Below are positions 63,275 to 64,000 of a DNA stretch of 64,000 nucleotides, one piece after another; positions within the stretch are counted from its first letter, which is position 1, and each line of letters starts with the position of its first letter. Source of the DNA: the human T2T-CHM13v2.0 reference genome, Homo sapiens; the NCBI RefSeq assembly GCF_009914755.1, contig NC_060932.1; one strand, given 5' to 3'. Made by a program: the position numbers and the translations under genes. The notes under the pieces are model-generated. The model did no database searches, was not told the DNA's origin, and saw nothing but the letters and a program-made list of their open reading frames with translations.

Positions 63275-63589
63275 GCATTTTCAAATGCACTCATACAAAC
63301 CAAAAAATAGCACTTATACAATTCAAACTGGCATAGGGACAAAGATCTGCAAGGTAACATTATATTATCAATCTTCAATAGTTATGTGTCATAGATAAGA
63401 TAAGTAGGTTTTGATGAAGGTTTTGCCTTGTAATGTTTTGGCATTTTCAAATAACCAAAAAATAGCACTTATACAATGCAAGCTGGCATAGGGACAAAGA
63501 TCTGCAAGGTAGCGTTATAGTATCAGTCTTCAATAGTTATGTGTCATAGATAAGATAAGCATGATTTGATGAAGGTTTTGCCTTGTAAT
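63275..63589. repeat. Tandem duplication, period 155 bp
   Basis: 63298-63434 versus 63453-63589, about 9 mismatches in 137 bp. Confidence 0.95.
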
Positions 63590-64000
63590 ATTAACTATTT
63601 CCACTGGTTACCTATTGTATGGAATGGTTGCAGATCATGAGCAGAATTTTGGCAGAAATGACAAGAAAGACATTGTCTATCAATATTCTGTGCATGATAG
63701 TGAATGCTGATCCTTTATAACCATTTCAAATTTATAATCCAGATGAGAAAATTGAGGTAAATATGTTGGTTTAGGTTAAAACCAAAAATTGATATCAACT
63801 CTCAGTTGTTTTGTTTATGCTCCTGCATTTAAGGGAGGCTTTCTCAGGGTATTTTTTTAAATGATGCATTTAGCACAGAATATATAAAGATAAATAGCTG
63901 CATATTTATAGACTGTCATTGAGAGTATATATGTACATATATGTATAGAAAGTATAAACTACATAAATATAAAAAAATGAAGACAGAAGTACAATAGCTG

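Overview
This window is primate (hominoid, most likely human) AT-rich, CpG-poor genomic DNA that is almost entirely intronic. Two spliced coding exons on the + strand (46199-46346 and 53031-53162) join in frame to [30 protein letters not shown]...PPSPDSKS. I recognise this peptide as C8orf34 (VEST1; human 8q13), which has an N-terminal RIIa/Dpy-30-like docking helix pair. The rest is a dense transposable-element record: young L1PA2/3 copies (one with a twin-primed 5' inversion), L1PA7/8, L1MA/MB/MD/ME, a complete THE1 provirus with TSD, a full-length Tigger1, Tigger3b, MER1A, MER2, MER91, MST/MLT1/MER21 LTRs, about 16 Alus, L2, MIR and CR1. Nearly all ORFs in the supplied track are TE fragments or chance ORFs. 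I cannot support a new biological system here. The best second-look items are a duplicated, better-consensus splice donor 37 nt past the second exon, a strong CTCF motif at 1460, an apparent Alu-associated deletion in an old L1, template-switch palindromes and a 155-bp tandem duplication. Repeat subfamily names come from recalled consensus sequences, not a database search, and boundaries of old repeats are approximate.
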